A program made the position numbers and the translations under genes. From the NCBI GenBank assembly GCA_965112155.1, contig OZ218105.1: 64,000 nt of DNA; one strand, given 5' to 3'. This DNA comes from Podarcis liolepis. Its lineage: Eukaryota. This document shows positions 50,991-63,710 of the stretch, in pieces. The stretch's first letter is position 1. Each line of letters opens with the position of its first letter. Below the pieces are notes generated by a model. It saw only the letters and a program-made list of their open reading frames with translations. It was not told the DNA's origin and did not search any database.

Positions 50991-53602
50991 TGCTAACATG
51001 TAACACAGGACAAAACAAAGCAACGAAAAGACACCGCAAGAAGAGTGAAGACTGTAAAGAATAACACACAAAATTCTGAGTGCCAACTCGCAGAAATGTG
51101 AGTTTATCCCTTTTTTTAAAAAAGCAAGAACTGTAACATGGAATTCTCACTTTGGATAATAATTTCTGCCATTTTTGAATTAGTACATCTTTTATTTATT
51201 TTTAATAGTGGAAATAGAGTAAAGTACTAACATTTTTTTGATAACACTAATCTGAAAACATTGCCCAACTGCATGAAAACATATTCTACACTAGGATTTA
51301 TACCAAGCAAATATTTTATAGCAAGCAAATAGTTTAATCATGCATAGACTATGTATTTGAAACATTAAAAAATCAAATTTGCATCTTTTATGTGACATTT
51401 TAGTCAAAATTTTAAAAAAATTAAAAGTGATTTTGATTGTTTCATTCTTCACATATGTGGGGAAATGCTCTTTTAAAAACATGGCTTTGCAATGGTAGCT
51501 TTAAAAGCAAAAAGGAACACATCAGAAACCAACCTCTCATTTAAACATTACTAGCAGAAAAAAAGGTTCTGGATTGGCATACCACTCTTATACCACTCTT
51601 TTTCTCCAATCTACCAAATATGAAACCACCTGCTTCATGTTAAAACATGCTTGTACTAAAGGATGCCAGCAGTCAACATTACAGAAATGATTCAACAGAA
51701 ATGGATTCCTGACTACTGTTCTCTAATATCATATTTAATTTTAATGATTTCTTTTTTAAAGAAAGAAGTGTGTACTAGGCAAATTTTATCCAGTGCCTGG
51801 CAATGTACATTTCTATGAACTCTTACATAATTACAGACCTAGATCATCATCAGCTTAGATACATGCCTGCAAAATTTCATTTTATAATCAAGGCAAAGGA
51901 ATAACAATGCCTGCTATAAATATGCAGGAATATTTTTTTCATTTACTCTTCTCAGCTACATAAATAAGATCTCTAGCTATTCCACCATCAGAATACACAG
52001 TACAAGTTAAGCAAAACAAAAGATCCAAAAATAGCTTACAAATTGCTTTAACTGGAATTTTAATACAATAAGAGCTTTAAAGATGAAAACCATTAATAAA
52101 CTTTCACCTACAAGAATTCTTCCGATTATTCTCACTGGTTCCTGGAGAAGACATGGCAGAGAGAAACAGGCAAGTAAACAGAAGCACAGTGCAGATCAAG
52201 TGAAACCTCCAATTACTAAGCAGCTCTAGTGATGTACATCTTTCCCGTCGTAAAAGAATGATACTACACATCCATTCCCCCACTCGAGAACTACACAGGA
52301 CAGACCACATCAATTGGTCATTCACATAAAACTGAAACAAACAAGGACAAATTCTTCCACTGTTGCTCCATAAACTGAACATAAGCTGTCAGGAGATGTG
52401 GTATTCCAGAATGCTTGCCTATATCTGGGAGCTACCACATGCCGTTTGAAAAAGGGGTGGTAAGTGGTCATAAGGAATACACTAACAGCTAATACTTGAT
52501 TGTCTAACAAAATGCAATACATTATTCAATTAAGCCACTGATGAACAGATTTCAGTTTAAATAGGAACAGGTTATTTGGCTCTCCCCTCCCAAAATTACC
52601 AATTATGGTTGTGTTTAATAACCCTTCAGAACAGATTATGTACTAGTCTTGCTAGAAATGCATTTTCCCCCTTTTGCATGTGTGTGGTGTGCGCACACAC
52701 GTGCATATACACAGAGAGTCTGAACTTGAAAACACTGTGCTAATGTGTGATACACACATCACACAAATTATTCAATCACAGCTTATTATGATTTGCTCTG
52801 TTAAGCCAAATACTCATTAACATTCCTGTGCCTGATAATCTCAACAATGTGAGTTTTCACAATTTAGAAATGCTTTCTCAAGCAAAAAAACATGATTTAA
52901 ATGCAAGCATACAGTTAAACCTGTTTGTGCACAGTGGGAGAAAAAGGGGGGTGCAAAGTGTTCCCTCCCAGATTTTAACTGCTCTTTTTATACCTTATCC
53001 AGTTCTACATTCTGAGCTACCCAGTATCATACATGCAACATTGTAATTGTGGGAGCATCATACGTTTACACAGGAGCATTATGTTCCCTCTTTTTGCACT
53101 ATTTTAAGGCTGCAATTTGAAGCTAGTTTCATTAACAGAAACATCACCTGCATACCCTCACTCGTCATTATCTGCTCAACAGGCAACAGTAAGGAATACA
53201 CTGCGTATCTCAGTAAAGACTTACGGAATAATTCAACATCATGCTATGCCAATCGTTCTGTCAGGGCATGCATTTCTACTTGCCATATGGAATAGCACTC
53301 CCCCCCCCCCCGCGCACCGTTCTAGGAGTTCTCCCAACTCCCCACCCCAAAACAATTTCAAGGGGCATGGAGGGCAAGGGGGAAGCTCCATTGTGCAAGA
53401 CACAAATTTCTTGTTCAAGCTTCTACTGATATGTCTCACTTGCTGAATCCCTGTCATACAGTATATACCTTGCAAAGTTCAGAAAGAGGTTAACATTAAA
53501 ATTATCATTAAAATTATCCAAGATATCCCTACCTCCCACCACCAACCTAGAAAAAAACACTAGAAGTACAGATGAAGGCTCATATCACTAGAAATGGAGG
53601 AT

Positions 53603-54460
53603 CATATCACTAGAAATGGGCAGGAGGAGCTATGCTAAGATCAGACCATGTTATGACCGAGGAGGCAGGTTTAGTTCTTGTCTGAGGACTATCCCTACCT
53701 CCGGGTCTGGTCCTGACCAGAAGGATACTGGAATCAGCAAGGGAAACCCACATGACCTGAAAGTGTTGCTGTGCAATGCCAGGTCAATGATGAATAAGAC
53801 CACTGCCACCCACGACCTGATTGTGGATGGAGGATTTGACCTAGCATGTGTGACAGAGACTTGGTTGGATGAAGCAGATGGGCCTGTCCTTGCCGCTGCT
53901 TGTCCACCAGGTTTCTCTTGCGCACAGCAACCCAGGTCATCTGGGCGGGGAGGGGCGGTTGCAGTGATTTTTTAGGAAGTCATTAGTTTGCACCAGGCGT
54001 CCTATTGGGAAGACCCACTTTTCTGAGTGCATGTTCTGGAAGTTGGGCAATAGGGGCAGTACAGGATTCCTTTGGTGTACCGACCTCCCCGCTGCACCAA
54101 GGATTCCCTGCTCGAGCTGCTTCAGGTCATGGCAGATGTTCCCCTGGTGACACCTAGCTTGGTTGTCCGAGGGGATTTGAACATCCATGCCGACACGACC
54201 TTACAAGGGGCCACTTGGGACTTCGTGGAAAGCATGGCCTCCATGGGGCTGTCCCTGAATAAGTTTGGCCCAACTCATAGCCACAGACATGCCTTAGACC
54301 TGGTGTTCACCTCTATGGATGTTGGTGATCTGATATTAAGTAAAAGTGAAACAAAAGAAGTGCCATGGTCAGATCACTTCCTGGTGCAACTGGACTTCTC
54401 CGCGACCCTTCCCCTCTGCAGGAAGGTGGGACCAATTTGGATGGTCCGCCCCCGCAGCAT
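53603..54460 (+). mobile_element. L2/CR1-group LINE fragment encoding the APE endonuclease domain (pseudogenised)
   Basis: LLCNARS..NKT, DLACVTETWL, GRGGAVAV, VYRPP, GDLNIH, PTH...LDLVF, SDHFLV are the ordered APE motifs; one in-frame stop at 53973-53975. Confidence 0.9.
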
Positions 54461-55388
54461 GGTTAACAACCTCAAACTAGTCTAGTGATGTTTACCCTGT
54501 AAAGTATCAGTAACTCAAATATAGCATCTTGTACTTTCCTTGCCAGTATTGTACTTTCAGTGAAGCGGGGGGGGGGGGGAGATGAGTGGCAGCCATGTTG
54601 CAAATAAAACCTGTAATCAGATCCAAGTATCCATAGAAAATGGTTAGGACTTCTCAGATACATCTACTCCCTCATAGACAATCACATCACTATTTAAGAC
54701 ATATTTCAAGACCAGTTCTCATCTCCACATGAAACTGTTAGAAAGTATTGAAAACTTTATTACAATTTTTTTCAAAATTATTTCAAAGCTCTGAAGGGCG
54801 GGGAGAGGCAGATTTCAGCTGGCACTGCCTATTCTACTAAAAATATCTGTAGCTGAAACTCATATTGCAATTTAGAACAAAGAAATAATCAAGTATGCCT
54901 TACAGCAGAAATGGAAGTGTCCACTTGAATACATACATTTGGAAATCACTGACATTTTATGGCAGTCAAAATTAGTTTTTCAATAATTACAATAATTGCT
55001 TCATGGGAGAAATAAAATTAACTATTATATGAAACTAGGAAGTCAGAAATATATATTTACTATTCATCATCATTGTAGTTTACAACAGAGCTGCCCAAAT
55101 ACACACAGTTGTACAACTTTATTAATATTAACTTTAATTGCTAACCCTTTCTATATCAAATGATCTAAGAGCAAGTTACAATCCATAAAATAACATAAAA
55201 GACAAAAATCAATGCAGTCGTAAATATAAATTAAATATAAATTAATCCTTGGAATATCAAAAGCAACCAGTTCCTCCAATTTCTATATTGAGTTTTAACA
55301 TATGCCAGTGACGCCATTCTCCTCTTGTCAGGGACTGGTACATTCAGACAGCAACCAGGACATCCCAGAAGACATGCAAGGCACTGAG

Positions 55389-55560
55389 CAGTTGTACCTC
55401 GGAAGCCAAATGGAATCCATTCCGGAAGTTCATTCGACTTCCAGAACATACGGAAACCAAGGCACAGCTTCCAATTGGCTGCAGGAAGCTCCTGCAGCCA
55501 ACCAGAAGCTGTGGAACACACACTGGATGTTCGGGTTCCAAAGATCGTTCGCAAACTCCT
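55389..55560. mobile_element. Truncated Tigger-like MITE remnant
   Basis: Starts CAGTTGTACCTCGG (cf. CAGTGGTACCTCG); internal palindrome TTGGCTGCAGGA-AGC-TCCTGCAGCCAA; no right TIR seen. Confidence 0.5.
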
Positions 55561-55702
55561 TGACTGAGTGGGGGGGGAGGGGACAAGTGAGGTGCTGCAG
55601 GGTTCTGACCTGTGCCCGGTGGTTGTTACAATATTTTTATCAATGACTCAAATGAATAGAGGAAATCTGCAGATGGCACCAAGCTGTGAGGGCTTGTTGA
55701 GA

Positions 55703-56200
55703 GAATCTTTATTGCAGTCCAAAGAGCCATAGAGTAATTTCAGAACAAAATACAGTTAAGATAGTCAGCCATACAAGATAGAGAAACCGAGGTGGTCATT
55801 TTGTTTGGTCTTAAGCATGATAATCGTTGTTTCTTATAACTTCTGAAAGAAACTTTGCCACAGCCAGTATAATATCATTAGACCTGTCATCCAAAAGATA
55901 TTTAATATGGGAGGCTTCCAATTTTCCTGGCAGATTTGCTAGTAGGGGTTTAATCAGTTGGTCCCTTGCTTGCTTGTACTGCCCACAATGCAGTAAGATA
56001 TGCTTCATACAATCGACGTCCTGAGAACATAAAGCCTATTCTGATAAGGGATGCTTCTCAGTCTACCATTTAGCACTTCCGATAGACTTACATTTAGTCT
56101 GGCTTTGGTAAATAAACGCTGATAGGTTGGTACAGACAGGTTCCTAAGATATGAGGATATCTGAAAGGTGTACCCATATTGGATTCCTGAGGAGTAGCTA
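55703..56200 (-). mobile_element. Non-LTR retrotransposon 3' end (RTE-X-like C-terminal Cys/His region)
   Basis: Minus strand YRRLFTKARLNV..SEVLNGR..., HILLHCGQYKQARDQLIKPLL...VAKFL, then 3' UTR ending GCAATAAAGATTC; clade assignment tentative. Confidence 0.65.
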
Positions 56201-57524
56201 ATGCCTCAGAAATAGAATCAGGATTCAATGCGAGCTTAACAAATCAAAGAACTGGACTCAAACTAACAAAATGAATTTCAATACTCAGTCCTCGGATCCT
56301 CCAGCACCAACTCCAAGACTACCTTGGTCAGGAATGAATTCTAGGCAACAGGATAGATGGTACTGCAACAGTATCCCTATTATCTATAGTTCAACGTGAG
56401 GTACAGACCCACATAACCCTTAGCAGAATGGATGTGTCTCCTCACAAGAAAGATAAGACTCACTGTGGATTCCTGTGACACACACCCTGGCTAATCCTCC
56501 AATCTGTTTTGAGGCTGAATTGGGTACCCAGGTAGAAGGAGCTGAGCTGGATCAATTCTATCCAGCCTGTCCATCCAGTTCTCAATAATATATGTCAGGT
56601 CAGCCCCCAATGGACAGACCTGACATTTAGCTGCAGCACTAGATCAGAGGGCAGGCTGAATATATAAACACACTAAATTCTATGCACAGAAGACAGCTAT
56701 GATATATGCCACTGACTTTCAAAACTCAAAGCTAGAAGATTTTTTTTAAAACATAGTTTATATTGTTCACTCTATAATGCAAGAATTAATAATAGCACAG
56801 AATTACATTTACCTACTCTTTGGCCATCTACTAATGGAGCCTGAGTTTAAAGCTGTCATGACAAACAAGACATTTTCAATACCAAGCTAAAACAATGTGG
56901 CATTTTATATAACGTGCCACTTGTTATCTGTTGAAGTTAATTGACTGTGTTATGCAATAATAAAATCACTCACTTAGCTAAGCAAAATCACACATTTAGC
57001 AATTGCTAACAATTTTTAAAATGGCAGGTTAATATTTTGTGCCTCACACATTTTGTCTCAACAAGTTGTGCATCATAACTGCCCACAACAGCAGGAAACA
57101 CACTGCCATACTATGGATTAGTAGTCATCCACCATAGGCACAATGCCCACATGCAACATATGCTTAACAGCATTCAACACCTCAGGGCAGTTGGGAGGAT
57201 GAAAAGTCTGTAGACACCTCCTATATCCCTTTCCAGCCTCCCCTTTTCACTCAGTCAAGGAGTTCAAACTGCAGGCTCACTGTTTATTAACTTTACTACC
57301 AGCATATCAGCACAACAGAGCATTACTTATTTACTTCAACAAGAAACATATATAGCCAGGAAGACAGAGTAAGACGCTTGTTTGCATTATGGTAGCTAAA
57401 GCTGATCTGCAGAACTGGTCTGCCAGAAGTTAGTGCAATACAGAAACAAAAGTGAAATAGATAACTTTTGTTACATTTGATTTTGTAAAAGTTGTCCTAA
57501 GGGGTGGGGGAGGATTTGAATTAC

Positions 57525-57547
57525 CTTTGAAGATCTCAAGTTCTTTC
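57525..57547 (-). CDS. DTNBP1: DTNBP1 exon 7 (23-nt microexon)
   Basis: ccctttacag|GAAAGAACTTGAGATCTTCAAAG|gtaatt; (R)KELEIFK(A) bridges the phase-2 end of exon 6 to the phase-1 start of exon 8 exactly. Confidence 0.93.
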
Positions 57548-57666
57548 CTGTAAAGGGGGGGGGGAGGGAGGGAAACAAAACAAAATGCATGATCACAAGT
57601 TTAGCTGCACAAAAAGTTTTGTCAGCAACAGGAAAAGAATGTAAAGTTGTGTGATTTTTATAAGTA

Positions 57667-57870
57667 CAGTGGTACATTGGGATGCGAACGTAACCCGTGT
57701 CCGCGTGTCACGTTTTCTAGTTTCTGCGCATGCGCGTGACGTCATTTTGACGGTCTGTGCATGCGCGCACGGCGAAACCCGGAAGTAATGCGCTCCGTTA
57801 CTTCTGGGTCGACGTGGAGTGCAACCCGAAAATGCCTAACCCGAAGCATATTCATCCCAAGGTATGACTG
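57667..57870. mobile_element. Tigger-like MITE (204 bp)
   Basis: TA-CAGTGGTACATTGGGATGCGAA ... TTCATCCCAAGGTATGACTG-TA, imperfect TIRs with TA TSD. Confidence 0.8.
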
Positions 57871-60041
57871 TATGTTAAGTATGTAAGACTGCTTCTCATA
57901 ATCAGGGTGTATAAAACAGCATTATTACACATAATAAATTCATCTCAAGTCAATCAACAGTTGATATATTTTATTCCCACTGACTGCAAAAACAGCTTTG
58001 AATGAACAGTATAACCAATTAATCTGTGCAAGAATTTAAAAGCAAGCAATTTGAAATAGTTTAAGTATGTTTATCAAGTTCTAAAAAGTTCTTTCAATTA
58101 TTGGCATTATTAATTTGGAGACAACAGAAGTCATATATCCAATCATATTAATAAAATAAGTATAAAGACTACTCTAAATGAACTTCAGAGTTGAAGGATT
58201 TAGTGTAATTCTACATTTTAGCATTTATTACTTGTAGAAAATTGAATGCATGATAAAACTGTAACAGAAATTGCTTGGGGGAAAGATGAAGTTCTATAAT
58301 ATAAAGAACGGTAAAATACACAGTATCTTGGAGCCAAATGTACCTGGATGGCTACATTCAGAGAGATGGAGAAGCAATAGTCTATAAGGGTGCTGATTTC
58401 TACAAACATCCACCAAAGAAATGCTTTTTCTCAAACCAAGATCAATATTAGCAATGCTTAATCAAGGGCAAAGTGGCACAGTGCTCATTTTTACATAATA
58501 AGGTAAACCTTTTCCAGTGCACCCTTTCTGATTAACTGTAAATAATTCCAGCCTGCTTCAAGTCAACATATAACATACAACATTCTTTGACTGAAGTAAT
58601 CTGAGGAGCACCCATTCTTTCAAGAGAAATCTCAAAGGAGTTACTGGCAATTAGATTATAAAAAAACAACCACCAAGGCTGTGTCTTTCAACAAGCTGGA
58701 ATTCCTATATTTAGTGCAACACTGAAAACTAGCATATATTGACTATGGAGCAATGTCAAATCATGAATGTTGCCAATAGGCACAGCTGGCATTAGCGAAT
58801 GTCATCTTCAAGGGAATGGTAGTTTTTTAAGCAAGGGAAAAAGGTTCAAGTCAGAAATGAATATTGAAATGAATTTAGCTATGCGATATATTTAAATTCT
58901 TTTGTTTCACATGTACAGTAAATGTAACAGGACAGAGGAACAGTGATAGGTGGTTTGGATTTAGGGGGACTCAGGTTCTAAACCCTGATTGTTCACAAAG
59001 GAAATGCATTAAGTATCTCTCAACCTAATCATAGTATTGTGGTGAAGGTTGGATGAAAGTCCAATATAAATCACTCTTAGGCTAGGAATTAGGCCCCTTG
59101 AACTCATGTGTGGCTTCAAGGACACTTACTTTCTCCTTGCCTTGAGCACTTCAGGTAAGGGTAGCTTCTCTCCTTTGGGCAACTCACATGGATAATGAAC
59201 ACCAGATAAGGATTATATACTCCTGCTCAGTCACCCTAAACTGGTGCTGCTACCTTTCAATTTCTTTAAATAACATATACATTCTCCTGAGTAGAGGGAT
59301 GGGCTCTCCTAATGCCCACAGCCTGCTGATTAACAAGGTCAAACTTGCATCAGTTATGCTACCTCAAATTTATTATGGCATAACTTTTTGTAACCACTTC
59401 ATCAGGTGCATGGAATAGCACAAAATTCTCTTTCGTTTTTGCTGCAACAGACTAACATGCATACCTCTCTGGAAATCATGAAACTACAGTTTCCCTGCAA
59501 TGTTCAAACCTGAAAACTGTGATTTTAAGCACACTGTACCAACTAGGATTGATCATGGTTCATATGTAGTACTTGGCAGACTTTGGACTGTAGGGAATGC
59601 TTATATCAGTTTCCTAGTGTAGACTTTATAGGGAAACTGTGGTTTAACAAACCATGAGGTTTTCTTGCAGATGGTGCATAAGGAGGTGGCAGCCTGTGAA
59701 TTTATCCCTGCTAGAAGGAGAAACTAGAGTTTGTTGAGTTGAGAATGTTACACCTGAACTGGGTAGGTGAGTCACCTTAGAAAAAAGCCTCATTTGTCTG
59801 GTATCTGAATAGGTGCTGCAATGTGGGATAGAAAGCAACTACATCTTCCTCTGTTATAATACAAGCATCTCAAGAAACATTCTAAAAGGGAAGATTTGTG
59901 TATACTATGTTCCTTCTTGAATGGCAGTTGTTAATAACATTCTGACAATAATGTATCCCATTAATTGAGTTCTCTCTCAAATTATTAGAACAGAAATTGG
60001 TTGGTAAGTCTTTGACAATAAAAGGCATTCCTTGTTCTGTA

Positions 60042-60282
60042 CAGTAGTACCTTGGTTTAAGAACAGCCCTGTTTATGAACTATTTGGTTTACAAACTCCG
60101 CAAAACCAGAAGTAGTGTCCCAGTTTGCGAACTTTACCTCGGTCTAAGAATGGAATCCGAACGGTGGAAGGGCACTGGTAGTGGGAGGCCTCATTAGGGA
60201 AAGCGCACCTCAGTTTAAGAACGGTTTCAGTTTAAGAACGGACTTCTGGAACGGATTAAGTTTGTAAACCAAGGTACCACTG
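60042..60282. mobile_element. Tigger-like MITE (241 bp)
   Basis: TA-CAGTAGTACCTTGGTTTAAGAAC ... GTTTGTAAACCAAGGTACCACTG-TA; repeated GTTTAAGAAC subterminal motifs. Confidence 0.88.
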
Positions 60283-61098
60283 TATAAGTAATTATTCACT
60301 CTGTTATCTCCAATTTTGTTCTTCTGGTTGCATCTTTAGATTTTTCCTCCAAAAGAGTTCACCATCTTACTTGGTGTAAATTTAATGCATAATTCCAGCT
60401 CTTTTCTTCAAGGATATAAGCCCTACGATGCAAATCACCTCACTAATGTGTCTCCAGAGTATGTCAAAATATGTCATTTAGAAATCAAATAGCTTGGCTG
60501 CAATTCTAAATCCAACTGGCCTGCTAATTAAATCAAACCAGACTAAGTCATAATCACTTGATCCAAGTTTATTCCTAACACCATTTATCTTATCCTCACT
60601 ATATGTCAGCAGCAAACCAGACACTACCTTTTCTCCCAAGAGGTGAGTGACAACTTGATGAACCAATTTATCATTTAGCTCACCCAGAAATAGCTGGTCC
60701 CTGCCATTGCTAGAAGCATTTATTTTTTCATCTGTACCAAAGAAATGGAGTCCACAATTACTATGCAATGCCCTTTACTATGAATCAGAGCAATGTTGAC
60801 AAAAGATGACTAATAAGGCAGATCAAGTCACTGCAATTAGTAGAAGACTGAAGGCCTAAAATATCCAAAGTGAAACTTTTTCTAGCACATATTCAGCACA
60901 ATCTTAAGCATGCATAAGACTACAACCTGAATCTGAAAGCCAACTGCAGGCAGATAATTCCTTTTCATGAAGGATTCTGGGACCTCAAGTTTCCATTCTC
61001 AGACAAGAAGATATTTAAGATGAACATATATTTGCACAGAAAGAAGGAATTCACAGTCAATAATATAAAAAAATTTTTTTAAATCATAATAAACTCAC

Positions 61099-61231
61099 CG
61101 TTTAGTCTTTTTGTAATTTTCAAGCTGTAGTACTTGCATATGCTTGTATCTTTCCAATTCACACTGTCCACAGAGGTCTTCAAGATAAAGTAAATGATTT
61201 TCCATTTCCTTAAAATTTGCTTCCAGTTGCA
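61099..61231 (-). CDS. DTNBP1: DTNBP1 exon 6 (coiled coil)
   Basis: acacag|TG, ACG|gtgagt; (M)[43 protein letters not shown](R), 133 nt. Confidence 0.95.
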
Positions 61232-62824
61232 CTGTGTAACAAGATATTCAAATATCAAAATAGGCAAACCATTAGGAACATAATTTGTGGTGATTTTAAG
61301 GAAAATTTTGCTTATCTTGGCAAACAAGTGATGTCTCAAAACTAATCACAGGACTGGGGATATGGCCAATGAGGAAAGAAGGTTATTCTTCCCTCCTTTT
61401 CCCTTCCCACCAACACTCTCCCACAATACTGGCCTAGGCTTCACTGAACAATCACTACATGAAAGAAGATCCATGTAGAAAGATCTAGTGACTTTATTCC
61501 ATAAACATCCTAAGGTGCAACATCCTATGGAGCACACACAGAAGGACCCAGTAGCCACCCACCACAGGGAGCAATCCCTTTCCACTCCACAACAGTGATC
61601 AAGATGGTGTATGGAGAAAGAAGCAACACAGACCATCTGTGTCACACGCACACCAACAGCATTAAACAAAATTTAGTGCTCCATTATTGCCTGCCCTCCT
61701 CTTGTGGTTGTAAAATATGATGAGTGTTCACAGGCTCTTTACAGCATGTTACAGTTGTATGGTCTATGATGATCATCATTGTTTTTACCAACAATTCACA
61801 ACTCCTGATTATCGTATTGTTTTACTTGCACAACTGTTAAACTTTTTATCTATGTTAATTGTACATGTTTTTGTCTATTTAAGGAACTGAGGAATCATTT
61901 AAACCCCACATACTGTTTGAGTAGGTTTTTGTACTTACAATGTAGGGTATTTGGTTATTTACATTAAACTATACCATTCAACGGGAAACAAGCAGTCTCA
62001 ATAAAGGCAGGGTCTTCTAAACTTGCATGCTCCACATATGCTGTGACACACACACACAGCCCAACACACACCATGGTTAGGCTGAAAAGAACCACTTCAA
62101 TAGGTTCCAATGAAATGAAATCCAATCAACTCCAATCAAATGAAACCAGTTGGTTAGGTTGTTTTTAATCTTAGTTGCTGGGGGGAGGACACAATATTCA
62201 TGGAGAGTGCAGCTTGGGGGGGGGTGTTAACCCTACAAACCGCAGCTGCAATCCCCATTAATATCACCCCAAGAAATTAGGCATAAAGCTAAAATGATTT
62301 TTCCCAAGCTCAATTGTTTTTGGACGGGGTGAATAGAAGCTGGCCTTTATGTGGTATGTGCTGATGAGTCACACTGTATGCATATAATATATGCAATGGT
62401 GCAGGGGGGGTACATGCAATATGAATTCTGGCTAGGCTAACTCTTGTTTTGGCCCCACCCACCACTGGCATGCAGTCCCAGATGACTGGCCAAGAGGGAA
62501 TGTGGTCCTCAATGCTCCCCTCTTCCTCATTCTAGATAGTGATTTCTGGAAAAGTAGCAATCGAGCACCCCCTAGTGGAGACTTTACAAAGCTCCAGGTA
62601 GTTTACATGACCAGGGGTCCCTATTTTCTTACTACCTACAATGAACTTTACAAATGTCAAGCATTTGCCAATTTACTTTTACTCTTTTTTTAAATTGTGC
62701 TTTAGAGAGCTTTCCAAATAGTAGATTAACAACTTCACAAATACTAAAATAATGGCACAAGAGAAGATATCTTATATGATAAAAATTAACAAATGTACAT
62801 CAATTAACCCCAAGAAGGTAGCAG

Positions 62825-63500
62825 AAACTTGGCATCAGTGTCTTCAGGCAATACTGAATGAGAGGAAGATTAACAGATTGAAGCTTAATCCAGACAACAC
62901 AAACATGCTGTTAGTTGGGAATCTATCTGATTTGGATGGAGATATATAACCTGCTCCAGATGGGGCTGCACACTTCCTGAAGAATGAACTACACAGCTTG
63001 ATGTAGGAGAAGTGGTTCTCCTATATCAAATTTTAACAATAGAGGCCTACATGGCATTTGCAGCTAAGACTAGCTCTCTACATTAGACTTCCCTTAAAGA
63101 CAGTTTAGAAATTGAAATAGGGTGACCACATACTTGAATCTAACACTGGTTATCAATTTGTGTCTGGACTCAATTGAAGAAGCTCATGCTCTGGGACGCG
63201 ACTATTTAAAGAAATACCTTTGCCCACATTCATACATGGGATTAAATATAACCTTCCAAGTCTTGCTCTTTTATCTCCCAGGGTACCAGAGACAGGACCT
63301 TTCTGCAGCAACACCTCAATTATGGAACTCTCCCCCTAGGGAAATCTGGCAATCCTCCTCCTTCTGTGCCTTGAAACATTCCTTAAAAGCATTATTATGA
63401 ATAGTTTTAATTTTTGTATGCCAATTCTTATTATTATACCTTTAATATACCATTACTAAATTTTTAACTGTGATGTTTTAACATTTGTATATTCATAATT
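62825..63500 (+). mobile_element. Old degraded L2 LINE 3' region
   Basis: HQCLQAI...NRLKLNPDNT (cf. L2 'NxLKLNPDKTE') and SAATPQLWNSPP..I..S.S (cf. 'FS..AP.LWNSLP'); boundaries approximate. Confidence 0.65.
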
Positions 63501-63577
63501 TTCAAGCTGCTTATGGGAAAGCTTCCTAAAAGGTGAGACAATTCTTTAAATAAATAAAGCGGAACACACACACTTAC

Positions 63578-63710
63578 TCAAGCTAGTGGTTGTAGATTCC
63601 AAATCTGCTAAAAAACCCGGAATTTGCTGGAGCTGTTCCTGAAGGTCTAAGAGACTGCTTCTCTTCTTCTCCCAGTGAGCAGAAAGCATCACAACTTCAC
63701 TATCCACCAG
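63578..63710 (-). CDS. DTNBP1: DTNBP1 exon 5 (exons 1-4 lie beyond the window)
   Basis: ttgcag|CTG, TGA|gtaagt; [44 protein letters not shown], 133 nt. Confidence 0.95.

Noticed and set aside
60478-60768. Minus-strand ORF with LGSSDYDLVWF, resembling the end of a CR1 endonuclease
   Set aside because: A single degenerate motif; at most a very old LINE remnant, and boundaries cannot be supported
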